This document shows positions 51,263 to 60,821 of a stretch of DNA of 64,000 bases, piece after piece (the stretch's first letter is position 1; each line of letters begins with the position of its first letter). The notes under the pieces are model-generated. The model was not told where the DNA came from and did no database searches. It saw nothing but the letters and a program-made list of their open reading frames with translations. The DNA lies in assembly GCA_001029755.1 (NCBI GenBank), contig CP011214.1:429767-493766 (forward strand), written 5' to 3'. The translations under genes were made by a program, and so were the position numbers. The stretch comes from Candidatus Woesebacteria bacterium GW2011_GWF1_31_35. GTDB taxonomy: Bacteria > Patescibacteriota > Microgenomatia > UBA8517.

Positions 51263-52095
51263 ATTTCTAATTTGATGGATGGACTCATTGTAGATTTTAC
51301 AAAAGCTCTAATAATTTGTTTTGATCCTCCTAATGCATTAATAATTGTCTCTGCGTTTTTAACAAGTTCCTCATTTTTTTGACTTACTTTTCCAAAGATT
51401 GTATGAATTAAAGGTGCTTCTTTTTCAGTTTTTAGGGTAAGAGTATTGCCTGAAAACTTTTCTGCGTCTTTTACTGATTTTATTAAAGTTCCATTTTTAG
51501 GGTTTGGCATTAATCCACGAGGCCCTAAAATTCTTGCAAAAACAACCAATTTCGGCATCATTTCAGCAGTTGCTAAAAGTATATCAAAATCAACTTTACC
51601 TGTTTTTAATTTTTCTATTGTTTTATCATCTGCCACTTCAATCTTTTTTTGTTTACCTGAAGAAAAGGGAAGTGTACAGTTAGCAGTAGTTCCTTGTTTT
51701 TTTGTGACTATATGAAGTTCAAAAGTACCATCAAACTTGGTTAAATTAAATTCCTTAACTAATTTTATTGCTTCCTCAGGTTTATATAAATTATTTTTAT
51801 TAATCTTGTTTTTTGCTTCAATATATTTTTTTCCGCGTATTTTTTCAACAATTATTTTTTTAGTCTTTTTTGTTTTCTTCGTCGATTCTTCGGATGTTAC
51901 TTCACTAGGAACTTCCGGCTCTACTGCGGATATAATTTTTACTCTTTGTCCACCTTTTAACCCAGGAACATGTACTGTTTCTTGCTCGTGTTTTTTTGCT
52001 TCCTGTCTTTCTTTTTTCTCACGATAAGCTTCTTCCGATGTTTTTGTCTTTTCAGTAGTTAAATTACCTATAAATGCTGTTTTTGTTTTTCCCAT
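51259..52095 (-). CDS. rplA: 50S ribosomal protein L1 with an N-terminal charged extension
   Basis: KFDGTFE, RILGPRGLMPNPKNGT, STMSPSI. Confidence 0.96.
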   Translation of the reverse strand: MGKTKTAFIGNLTTEKTKTSEEAYREKKERQEAKKHEQETVHVPGLKGGQRVKIISAVEPEVPSEVTSEESTKKTKKTKKIIVEKIRGKKYIEAKNKINKNNLYKPEEAIKLVKEFNLTKFDGTFELHIVTKKQGTTANCTLPFSSGKQKKIEVADDKTIEKLKTGKVDFDILLATAEMMPKLVVFARILGPRGLMPNPKNGTLIKSVKDAEKFSGNTLTLKTEKEAPLIHTIFGKVSQKNEELVKNAETIINALGGSKQIIRAFVKSTMSPSIKLEI

Positions 52096-52110
52096 ATTAA
52101 TTTTTTATAT

Positions 52111-52533
52111 TTATTCTACTTTGATACCCATTGATTTTGCAGTTCCTGCAACAATTTTTGATGCAGCAACCAAATCTTTAGTATTTAAATCATCCATCTT
52201 TTCTTTGGCAATTTTTTCAACTTGTGCTTTAGTTAAAGTTGCAATAGTTTCTCTTCCCGCAGTACCAGAAGCTTTTTCAAGTCCTAATTCTTTTTTAATC
52301 ATTGAGGAAACTGGAGCCTTTTTAATAATAAAGTCAAAACTTCTGTCTTCATAAATTGTAATAACGGCAGGAACAATTTGACCCTTCATGTCTTTTGTCT
52401 TGTCGTTATACCCTTTGACAAATTCCATAATGGCAATACCATGTTGACCTAATGCTGTACCAACTGGAGGTGCAGGAGTAGCCTCACCACCCTTAAGGTT
52501 AATTTTAACTAATGTCTTTATTTTTTTTGCCAT
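52111..52533 (-). CDS. rplK: 50S ribosomal protein L11
   Basis: ATPAPPVGTALGQHG, IYEDRSF, GTAKSMGI. Confidence 0.98.
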   Translation of the reverse strand: MAKKIKTLVKINLKGGEATPAPPVGTALGQHGIAIMEFVKGYNDKTKDMKGQIVPAVITIYEDRSFDFIIKKAPVSSMIKKELGLEKASGTAGRETIATLTKAQVEKIAKEKMDDLNTKDLVAASKIVAGTAKSMGIKVE

Positions 52534-52637
52534 ATATCTATATTGTATATTGTTTAAAACGAATAGGGGAAAAAAGAAGTATATCTAATTTCGACTTTTC
52601 GTCTACCTCAATAGTTTTGAGGTAGAAGGATTATAAC

Positions 52638-53420
52638 TTATCGTCTATACCAAATCAAGCATATTTTGAAGATTCTGAATCGACAGGCACGAGGCAAAGG
52701 TTTTGGCGATGGAATTAGTATTGGTTTTGGAGTAGGACTAATAGTTGGTCTAATCGTTGGCCCAGGTGTCCAAGTAGGTTTTGGAGTTGTTGTAGAAATT
52801 TGATTAATTGTTACATAAACTGAATAAGTATTATTTAGTTCATTACTTTCTTTTAATCGATTGTCAGAATCTAATTTAATTTCCATTTTTTTAATTCCAG
52901 GAGTACTGAATTTAAATAGATATGCTGAAGTGCAGGATACTCCGGGATTTAAAGAAGTTGAACCAGTACAAGTGTTGGACGAATGGATTTCAGAATAACC
53001 ATCAGCCTGGTTTGCGTATATATATAGGGCAGGAGAAGCAATTGATGTTCCGATATTTGTTATTTTAAAAGATATTAAAACTCTATCTGTAATATTGGCT
53101 GGATTAGGTGTAACTACGATAGGATTGACAATAGCTAAATCAGACAAAGATTGAGGTGTAGAAGATGGTATCGGTGGGCGGGTTGAGATCGGGGTTACTG
53201 TTGGGTAAGGTAATTTTGTAGGTTCAATTGTAGGCGGAGTGATTGGTGGAGTGACCGGAGTTGATGCACGTGACCCCAAATATTGTTTTGTTAATACTGC
53301 ACCAACACTTAAAGGTAAGGCCAACATTAAAAATATTAATGTAGCAACACTAATTTTTTGACGTGAAGTAATACTCAACCACTTTGACTTAATTAATAAA
53401 AGACTTTCTTGTAAACGCAT
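52638..53420 (-). CDS. Membrane-anchored Pro/Thr-rich CARDB (Ig-like) surface protein
   Basis: TM + SRAS, PT-rich linkers, DLAI...ITNIG...ESNELNN CARDB motif. Confidence 0.8.
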   Translation of the reverse strand: MRLQESLLLIKSKWLSITSRQKISVATLIFLMLALPLSVGAVLTKQYLGSRASTPVTPPITPPTIEPTKLPYPTVTPISTRPPIPSSTPQSLSDLAIVNPIVVTPNPANITDRVLISFKITNIGTSIASPALYIYANQADGYSEIHSSNTCTGSTSLNPGVSCTSAYLFKFSTPGIKKMEIKLDSDNRLKESNELNNTYSVYVTINQISTTTPKPTWTPGPTIRPTISPTPKPILIPSPKPLPRACRFRIFKICLIWYRR

Positions 53421-53456
53421 GTACCTTAATAGTAAGATTACGTTAGTTAAAAACTC

Positions 53457-54539
53457 TTGTCAATTACTATATTTTTATTATCTCTAGGGTTAATTTTATT
53501 ACCATTTTCTCATTGGGAAGTGCAAAAAGTTTGGATGTATTTGAAGTTTATTGAAATATTTTTTATCTTTTCTTTAGTTTATTTAATTAAGAAAAGAATC
53601 TTTATAGAATCCAAAAATAGTAAAATTTTTATAGTTCTTTTTCTTTTCTTAACAATTTCTGTCTTATCTTCATTATTGGGTTTAGATGTTTCAAAAAGTA
53701 TTTTTGGGAATTTATATAGAAGTGATGGTTTAATTACCTTTTTTCATTTAGTTGCCTTTAGTATTTTAATAGGAGCAGTTTACAAAGATAAATGGAATAC
53801 TCTAATTGCAGTGAGCATTTTTTTAGGAGGTGTAATTTCTTCCATTTTTGATTATTTTGGACAACCAAATTTCCTTGCTGGATTTATATTAGTGTCGCTT
53901 TCTTTCGGTATATATATATTTTATAAAACTAATAATAAATATGTAAAAACATTAATAATCTTAGGATTTATTGTTCAAATTTATAGAATGTTTTTAGTTG
54001 GTTCATATGTCGGAATATTAGGTTTAGTAATACTTTATCCTTTGTGGAAATTAACAAATAAGAGAAAAATTAATAAAATTTTGATTCTGGTTATTGTTGG
54101 TATTTTATCAGTATTTGTAAGTATTTGGTTGAATAATTTAAAGTCTAAAAAAGAATATGTTGCTGAAAGTAGAGTTAGAATTTACAGGAATGTATTTTTA
54201 GGGAGTCTTAAAAGACCAGTTTTAGGCTATGGTTGGGCGAATAGTGACTATGCATTTGAAAGTATAGTTTGGCCATTAAAATTTAATAATGATGTCTATG
54301 TTGATAAGGTTCATATGTTATTTCTGGAAATTTTCGCAACAACAGGAATATTAGGTTTAATAGCTTATTTATATTTTTTGTTTTCACTCTTTAAAAGATT
54401 AATTAATAAAAATAATTTGTGGACTAGGGTTCTTCTAACTTCCTTTTTAATGTATTTAATATATTCACAAACAAATGTAACTTCAATCTCTTACGAATTT
54501 ATATTTTGGTTAATAGTTGGAATAATTTTATCACTATAG
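53457..54539 (+). CDS. O-antigen ligase family protein
   Basis: GQPNFLAG, RVRIY, RPVLGYGW, DKVHMLFLE, GILGL. Confidence 0.88.
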   Translation: MSITIFLLSLGLILLPFSHWEVQKVWMYLKFIEIFFIFSLVYLIKKRIFIESKNSKIFIVLFLFLTISVLSSLLGLDVSKSIFGNLYRSDGLITFFHLVAFSILIGAVYKDKWNTLIAVSIFLGGVISSIFDYFGQPNFLAGFILVSLSFGIYIFYKTNNKYVKTLIILGFIVQIYRMFLVGSYVGILGLVILYPLWKLTNKRKINKILILVIVGILSVFVSIWLNNLKSKKEYVAESRVRIYRNVFLGSLKRPVLGYGWANSDYAFESIVWPLKFNNDVYVDKVHMLFLEIFATTGILGLIAYLYFLFSLFKRLINKNNLWTRVLLTSFLMYLIYSQTNVTSISYEFIFWLIVGIILSL

Positions 54540-54554
54540 TGTATAATATTATCT

Positions 54555-54761
54555 ATGTCAGACAGAATATATATAAAATAACCAGACTGGATTTTACCTA
54601 AAAATAGAAAAATAGATTCTGAAAAATTTAACCATTTGCGATTAGAAAAATTAGTTAAAAAAGGATTTATTATTGAACATAATGGAGATAATAATGAAAC
54701 TAGAATTACAGGACAAATAATTATTAAAGGTAATATAAAAGATCCGTTAGATGTTTCTTAA
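54555..54761 (+). pseudogene. Small ORF with an in-frame TAA at codon 9
   Basis: TATAAT then ATG; MSDRIYIK*PDWILPKNRKID...DPLDVS* in one frame. Confidence 0.5.
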
Positions 54762-54804
54762 ATGATTTTGAAATTATTAATTGTTATAATGTATAATATA
54801 ATCA

Positions 54805-55482
54805 GTGGAAGATAAACAAGAAGGTATCTCAAGGCGTAATTTTTTGAAAGTCGCAGGTGCAGGATTTATTGCACTTTTAGGATATAAGTTGCATGAAAAA
54901 TTTTCCAATCTGGAAACAAAACCAACATTTCTTGAAGTAAATAAGGGTGATCCACTTCCATTAAAACTTTCAGGAAAAGCTGAACTTCAATATGTGGGAA
55001 TTGATTATCATGAATCAGATGAACGTCTTTCAGGAAGATTACAAATTAGAATGATTGATGGAAAAATTGTTTCACCACTTCCTTTTGAGGAAGGAACATC
55101 AAGAATTAGAAAAGTTGGGGAAGTACTTGATACTACACTTTATAAAGTTAAGAAAAGTAGTAAATTATCAGATAAATTTACTGTTGGTGTTTATCCTAAT
55201 GCAGAACCTCCAATAACTGGTTTAATTCGAATGGATTTACCTGAAGATATAGAACTTTATGGAATTTCAGTAATTACCGCCCCAATTGATTATATGAAAG
55301 AAGGGAAACTTCCTGTGGAACTTAATGGTAATACTTATTATAGTGGCGTTTATGGAAGTTCTGACAGAAATCTTAAATTTTTTGGACAGGGTTTTGCAGT
55401 TGGGCTACTTTCTGAAGATACTAAGAAATTTGAAGTTTTAGGCTACGTTAATGATGCCCGCGCTTTAGATGTAGTTAGTTAA
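54805..55482 (+). CDS. Hypothetical protein with a twin-arginine signal-like N-terminus
   Basis: ISRRNFLKVAGAGFIALLG. Confidence 0.75.
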   Translation: MEDKQEGISRRNFLKVAGAGFIALLGYKLHEKFSNLETKPTFLEVNKGDPLPLKLSGKAELQYVGIDYHESDERLSGRLQIRMIDGKIVSPLPFEEGTSRIRKVGEVLDTTLYKVKKSSKLSDKFTVGVYPNAEPPITGLIRMDLPEDIELYGISVITAPIDYMKEGKLPVELNGNTYYSGVYGSSDRNLKFFGQGFAVGLLSEDTKKFEVLGYVNDARALDVVS

Positions 55483-55511
55483 AGTGTTTTTTTAACCTTC
55501 TTTTAAGATAT

Positions 55512-56132
55512 TTAAATTTTTTGTATTTGAAGAAAATCAAGTTCCACAGGTGTTTCTCTTCCAAAGATTGAAACTAATACCTTTACTTTCCCTTTTTCCT
55601 CATCAATTTCATGAATTGTTCCAAGAAAGTCTGAAAATGGTCCATCTGTTATTTTAACAGCTTCAGAAACTACAAACTTTGTTTTATATCTTGGAGCAGG
55701 GGAACTTACGAATTTTTGAATGTTTTTAACTTCAATTTCAGATAATGCTGTTGGTTTATTACCAGCTCCTACAAAACCAGTAATTCCTGCAGTTGTCCTA
55801 ACTGCAAGCCAAGTAGGATCATCTAGAACCATTTTAACAAGCATATATCCTGGAAATATTTTTTCCTTAATTTGAGCTTTTTTACCACCACGAATGATAA
55901 TTTTATCTTGTGTTGGAACCAACATTTCAAAAACGTTATCTTTTAATCCCATTGTTTCAACCCTTTGACGTAGTGTTTCCATGACTCTTACTTCGTGTCC
56001 TGAAGATGTATGAACCACATACCATTTTGCAAGTGGGTTATCCGCTATTGAGATAACGATGTGTCCTGGAATTACTTTAGTTCCAGTTCCTCGTTCATTA
56101 ATTTGTGTGTCTTTGTTTGTTTTATCGTCCAT
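55512..56132 (-). CDS. nusG: Transcription antitermination factor NusG
   Basis: WYVVHT, FPGYMLV, GPFSDF, IFGRETPVELDF. Confidence 0.98.
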   Translation of the reverse strand: MDDKTNKDTQINERGTGTKVIPGHIVISIADNPLAKWYVVHTSSGHEVRVMETLRQRVETMGLKDNVFEMLVPTQDKIIIRGGKKAQIKEKIFPGYMLVKMVLDDPTWLAVRTTAGITGFVGAGNKPTALSEIEVKNIQKFVSSPAPRYKTKFVVSEAVKITDGPFSDFLGTIHEIDEEKGKVKVLVSIFGRETPVELDFLQIQKI

Positions 56133-56136
56133 TTTA

Positions 56137-56322
56137 TTATTTTGCTAACAAAAATTCTAAACTTTTAGTTAAAGAAAAATCTACGATTCCTACGAACGCT
56201 GCAACAACTACTGATATAACTAAAACCAAACTTAGCAATCTTACCACTTCTTGTCTTCCAGGCCAAGTGACTTTTGAAAGTTCCAACTTAACCTCAGAAA
56301 AGTAAGAAAATATTTTTTTCAT
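56137..56322 (-). CDS. secE: Preprotein translocase subunit SecE
   Basis: ELSKVTWP followed by a TM; upstream of nusG. Confidence 0.95.
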   Translation of the reverse strand: MKKIFSYFSEVKLELSKVTWPGRQEVVRLLSLVLVISVVVAAFVGIVDFSLTKSLEFLLAK

Positions 56323-56345
56323 TTTTAGTTAAGCTTCTGATTGTA

Positions 56346-56540
56346 TTAATAATTTCTCTTTTTTTCAAGCATCCTTTGAAATTCAATCTTATATTTTTTC
56401 TCTTTCCTTCTTTCAGAAGGCTTTTTAAACCTTTCTTTATCCCTTAATTCCAGCATTAAACCAGACATAATGATCTTTTTGCGAAATCTCGCAATTAAAG
56501 CATCGTCTGATTCTCCTTGTTTTTTTGTTACTACAAACAT
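56346..56540 (-). CDS. rpsU: 30S ribosomal protein S21
   Basis: GESDDALIARFRK...FKKPSERRK. Confidence 0.9.
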   Translation of the reverse strand: MFVVTKKQGESDDALIARFRKKIIMSGLMLELRDKERFKKPSERRKEKKYKIEFQRMLEKKRNY

Positions 56541-56638
56541 ATTTATTTCGCCCTTTGGCGTATATAAAATCGCCTCCTTCCATATTTTTTAATAGACCGT
56601 ATAGACTGCTATTTTATCATATGTTATGATACTTTTTA

Positions 56639-57649
56639 ATGGCAAAAGGAAAAAAGGCACTTATAACCGGTATTACTGGCCAAGATGGTTCATACTTAGC
56701 CGAACTTCTTCTTAAAAAAGGGTATGAAGTTAGTGGAATTGTTAGGAAAACTTCACATGAAGACTATGCAAATATAGGACATATTCAAGATGAATTAAAG
56801 CTTTTTCAAGGAGATTTATTGGACCCTGTATCACTACGCGAAATTATTCAAAAAGTAAACCCTGATGAGGTTTATAACCTAGCATCACAATCCCATCCAT
56901 CTGAGTCTTTTAAACAACCAATCCATACAGCAGAAATAACTGGAATAGGGGCTCATAGAGTACTTGATGCAACTTTAGATGTTAATCCTAAAACAAAGTT
57001 TTACCAGGCATCTAGTTCTGAAATGTACGGTTGGGTTAGAGAAATTCCACAAGATGAAGAAACCCCATTTAATCCAGCAAATCCATACGCAGCTGCAAAA
57101 TTGTATGCTTATGCAATGACAAGAATTTATAGAAAAAGTTATAACATGTTTGCAACTAATGGAGTTTTATTTAATCATGAATCACCTCGTAGGCATTTAG
57201 GCTTTGTTACCCAGAAGGTAGCCTATTCGGCAGCCTGTGCATCACTAGGGATTAAGAATTCAGAACATTTAAACGAAGAAGGGGAGCTTATATTTAAAAA
57301 TGGAAAAGTAGCTCTTGGAAACTTGGAAGCTAAAAGAGATTGGGGTTTTGCAGGAGATTACGTTGAAGCTATGTGGTTAATGATGCAAGCTGAAAATCCC
57401 GATGATTTTGTAGTAGCAACTGGAGAAACTCATACAATTCAAGAGCTTTGTGAAGAAGCTTTCTCATATGTAAATTTAAATTGGAAGGATCATATAACAA
57501 TTGATAAAAGATTTGTAAGACCTACTGAAACAGGACCTTTAGTGGGAGACGCCTCAAAAGCTAAGAAGATATTGGGTTGGGAGCCAAAAACAAAATTTAA
57601 GGCTTTAGTTAAAATAATGGTTGATGCCCATATAGCAAGGCTAAAATAA
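56639..57649 (+). CDS. gmd: GDP-mannose 4,6-dehydratase
   Basis: ALITGITGQDGSYL, FYQASSSEMYG, YAAAK, FNHESPRR, RDWG. Confidence 0.96.
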   Translation: MAKGKKALITGITGQDGSYLAELLLKKGYEVSGIVRKTSHEDYANIGHIQDELKLFQGDLLDPVSLREIIQKVNPDEVYNLASQSHPSESFKQPIHTAEITGIGAHRVLDATLDVNPKTKFYQASSSEMYGWVREIPQDEETPFNPANPYAAAKLYAYAMTRIYRKSYNMFATNGVLFNHESPRRHLGFVTQKVAYSAACASLGIKNSEHLNEEGELIFKNGKVALGNLEAKRDWGFAGDYVEAMWLMMQAENPDDFVVATGETHTIQELCEEAFSYVNLNWKDHITIDKRFVRPTETGPLVGDASKAKKILGWEPKTKFKALVKIMVDAHIARLK

Positions 57650-57650
57650 T

Positions 57651-57830
57651 TTATTTTTTCTTTTGGGGTGGGTTTTCAGGTTTTTGTTTTTCTTCTTCTT
57701 TTTTCTCTTCTTCTTTCCAAACTATGCCTCTTTTTTTAATATTTTCTTCAATTGCCTCTCTAGCTCCTGGAATATCAAAAAGGCTATCTGGTGGTTTTTG
57801 AGGTTCTTCACTTGGTTTGATTTCTGTCAT
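57651..57830 (-). CDS. Small charged hypothetical protein (59 aa, not in the ORF track)
   Basis: MTEIKPSEEPQKPPDSLFDIPGAREAIEENIKKRGIVWKEEEKKEEEKQKPENPPQKKK*; coupled to the upstream stop (TAATAAATG). Confidence 0.6.
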   Translation of the reverse strand: MTEIKPSEEPQKPPDSLFDIPGAREAIEENIKKRGIVWKEEEKKEEEKQKPENPPQKKK

Positions 57831-57833
57831 TTA

Positions 57834-58166
57834 TTAGAAAATAATAATAGCAGATAGAAAAATAAAAAAGAAGAGTACAAGCCAGAGAACAGTCTAAACC
57901 AATATTTTGACGGCTTTACCCAAATCTTTTTTAACCCAGAAAGTATAGAAAGGGTAGGCAAGTACTAAACTCGCCGAAATTAAAGCTGAAAGAATAAATA
58001 AAGTTAAAAAAAGGACAGGACCTAAAATAGGAGTTTTATTCATGGGTCCAAACCAATTATTACCATTAATCATAACTAGGCCTATTAAGAAAATATAGAA
58101 AGTTAAAAGGATACTTTGTATAAAAGAAATATAAATTGTAGATTTATTATTTAAAATTTTAATCAT
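57834..58166 (-). pseudogene. Small membrane protein gene with an internal TAG (ORF track stops at 57894)
   Basis: After ...AVKILV* the same frame continues TVLWLVLFFFIFLSAIIIF* and abuts the next ATG. Confidence 0.6.
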
Positions 58167-58352
58167 TTATTCCCAAATATTTTTTGATCTAGATGCTGTC
58201 TCAAGATTTTTAAGATGTTCTTTATGAATTTTTTCTGCATCCTTTATAACTCTTTCATTAATTTGAGGAGTAGGTTCAACTGTTTTTATTGCACGACGAT
58301 TATACAATGCTGTTACAGGTTTATCTAATTCATTCAATTTATTTTCTGACAT
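58167..58352 (-). CDS. Small hypothetical protein
   Basis: 61 aa; TAAAAT box upstream; abuts the next gene. Confidence 0.6.
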   Translation of the reverse strand: MSENKLNELDKPVTALYNRRAIKTVEPTPQINERVIKDAEKIHKEHLKNLETASRSKNIWE

Positions 58353-58525
58353 ATAAATCTTATTTTATCATCCATGTTTATTTTAATAAAGATTTTTAAA
58401 TTTATTAATAATTTTTCCCCACATTTTCGTATAATGAGAAATATCTTGCAATTATTTTGCAGGGGCTAATAAACTACATAGGGAACTACTTTACAGAAAG
58501 TATTGAGGAATGATAATATGAAAAT

Positions 58526-58756
58526 ATGAGTGATACAAAAATGTTGCAAATTATTTTGGATAGGATTATATCTTTAGAAAAGAAAGTTGGTAATGGAAAT
58601 AAAGAATTAAAAGAAGAAATTATAAAAAACAGAAAAAGAATAGATAAGTTTGGTATTCAACTAGCAGAACTTTCAGATGACGCACCCACAGTTGAAGAAT
58701 TTGATGAATTGGATCAAAAAGTTAAGAGACTGGAAAATAAATTTGCCACATTATAA
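58526..58756 (+). CDS. Small coiled-coil hypothetical protein
   Basis: Heptad pattern; LAELSDDAPTVEEFDELDQKVKRLE. Confidence 0.7.
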   Translation: MSDTKMLQIILDRIISLEKKVGNGNKELKEEIIKNRKRIDKFGIQLAELSDDAPTVEEFDELDQKVKRLENKFATL

Positions 58757-58806
58757 TTATTTCAAATTCACCTAATCAATCCCAAACTTAATACGTTTCC
58801 ATTTTT

Positions 58807-58889
58807 GCAGAGCTATACCGAAAAATTCGTACGCAATTTCTAACTTCTTAACCGCTTCGCTACGGCTCGGCCTTCGGCCTCGCCTCCGC
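58807..58889. repeat. Arm X (left att junction), inverted repeat of 60874-60956
   Basis: 83 bp with one mismatch by manual alignment. Confidence 0.95.
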
Positions 58890-59380
58890 TATTTTTTTTG
58901 CGCGCGTTTCGGACAAACACACCAATTGTAATTCTGTTTTTGAAATTTTACCAGGGTTCGGTTGTTTGCCCACCCACCCAAAGTATTGTTGGCGCTACCC
59001 CCTCTGCACTCGCTAGGGCGTCCTAGGGGCCGCTTTTCCCATGTATTAACTTGTTTTATCATCTTGGTTCATTATCTTCCTCGCCTCGTGCAAGGAACAT
59101 TAATTGCCCCTTCGGGTTGCACTCGGCTTTTCTTTTAACAGACTTATTTTAGTTGCTCGTTCCGGGGGGCATTCCTTTTTTTCCGCCCCCGCGCTAATTT
59201 TTTCCCTTCTTTCGCGCGTGGTCGGCAGAAACCTGCTTCGCAGGATAGCGCCAACGGGAATGAACACAAATTTAGGAACACATCTTTCGCCGTTTTAACA
59301 CAAAAAACCAGTCAGAAAAACACTTTGCTCTTGTACAACACCAAAGCGGTACCGCATACATTTTTGTGAGCAAGATGGTC
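58890..59380. other. GC-rich structured non-coding region (candidate ncRNA or cis site)
   Basis: Multiple hairpins and a 10-bp long-range stem (58988-58997 / 59246-59255); no convincing ORF. Confidence 0.5.
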
Positions 59381-59384
59381 TGTT

Positions 59385-60764
59385 TTGTTTTATAATGCAA
59401 TGATGGCAGATTTACCAAGATTTGAAAAAGAATTTATAGCGGAAACCCCTAGACAAATAAATAACCGGTCATTGGAAAATCGTTTTGGGTTAAAAGCTAC
59501 AGAGCAAGGGATTTCCTCAGCAGAGGAAATCCTCCCTTTTTTGAGAATTCAAAACCAAGTTCTACCTTCGCCTGAAACTCCAGATAGAGGACGACATAGA
59601 TCGTCATGGTTTTTAAGCTATGCAAGATATGGTGAAAAAACACCACAACATTTTAGTTTAGAAGATAATTTTTCCTTACCCGTTACAAAAGAGCAAGAAA
59701 AAAAGATAAATGATGAGCTTATGGATGAATTGCGTTTGATTCCAGATGGAATAAAAAAGGCTGCCCAAATACCCCCCAGACTTAAAGATTTAAGTGAAAA
59801 GATTAAAGATTTAGATGGTTGGAATTTAGACACACTTTACAGTTTGGATACAATGGATGGCTGGCACACTTTTTGGATTAGTTTGGAGAAAAACGTTGGG
59901 GATTCGAGGATGTCAGTAACTTTAGATATAACTTATGGCTGTAGTTTGGATATAAAAATTCCAATAGAGAATTTTGATGAATCTGTGAAGGAAGTTAGGG
60001 CAGCGGCAAAAATAATGTCGAACTGGTTAGAGTTAAAATATCCCCCTAATTTGGAGTACGAATTTTCAATGAACCAAGGGCAGGTAGAAGATGATCCTTC
60101 TCGGACCTCATCTAGTTTTCCAGAATATTTCTTTAAAACTTTAGATTATTGGAAATCATTTTCTGGATCAAAACAGTTGAGAGGTTTAATTGGGCAATCA
60201 AATGATGACGCGAAACCTATTTTACTTTTAGAGAACCCAAGTTTAAGTGTTGCTTCAAATAGAATAGAATTAGATTGGATCTCGCACGGCGGAACAGTTT
60301 CGTATTCCGGCCTAATTGTTAACACTCATCCCGATGTCTACGAAACATTTAAGCGTGCAATTAGAGATAGAAGGGCGAATCAAAATTTAGTCGAAATTTT
60401 TCCGAATGAGGATTTTGATGATCGAAAGTGGTTACATATGTTTGTCAACATCGACCCAGAAAACGGAGCCACTTTAGTAGAAGATATAGCAAGTAATACA
60501 GGGAAAGAAGAGTTAAAAAAACTTTTAGGTTTAATTGAAGGACAATACGGAATTAGTTATGGTGGAGTAATCGATAAAAGCCAAGCAGAAAGAGAAGCTC
60601 GAAGACCGATGTTTATGCCAATAATTAATGAAAATGCAGCAGTTATTAAAGAGAAGTACGGATCTTCGACAGCTAGAAAATTTAGAGGTTATGCGATTTC
60701 TGCGTTAGTAGATGGAAGCAAACACGCTCAGGAAAAATATGAGTCATATCTAAAACTTATTTGA
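59385..60764 (+). CDS. Cargo hypothetical protein
   Basis: 459-aa ORF, no motif recognised; likely start 59400 or 59403 after TATAAT at 59391. Confidence 0.8.
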   Translation: MFYNAMMADLPRFEKEFIAETPRQINNRSLENRFGLKATEQGISSAEEILPFLRIQNQVLPSPETPDRGRHRSSWFLSYARYGEKTPQHFSLEDNFSLPVTKEQEKKINDELMDELRLIPDGIKKAAQIPPRLKDLSEKIKDLDGWNLDTLYSLDTMDGWHTFWISLEKNVGDSRMSVTLDITYGCSLDIKIPIENFDESVKEVRAAAKIMSNWLELKYPPNLEYEFSMNQGQVEDDPSRTSSSFPEYFFKTLDYWKSFSGSKQLRGLIGQSNDDAKPILLLENPSLSVASNRIELDWISHGGTVSYSGLIVNTHPDVYETFKRAIRDRRANQNLVEIFPNEDFDDRKWLHMFVNIDPENGATLVEDIASNTGKEELKKLLGLIEGQYGISYGGVIDKSQAEREARRPMFMPIINENAAVIKEKYGSSTARKFRGYAISALVDGSKHAQEKYESYLKLI

Positions 60765-60821
60765 CCTAGATATTTCTAGTTGAAAATAACACTTCACGGA
60801 CTAAATTAAGAATATAAGGCA

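Noticed and set aside
57663-57857. Phe-rich plus-strand ORF
   Set aside because: Shadow of a Lys/Glu-rich minus-strand ORF (57651-57830) that is coupled to its operon.
59104-59298. 64-aa ORF in the element
   Set aside because: TTG start without initiation signals and atypical composition; better explained as part of the structured non-coding region.
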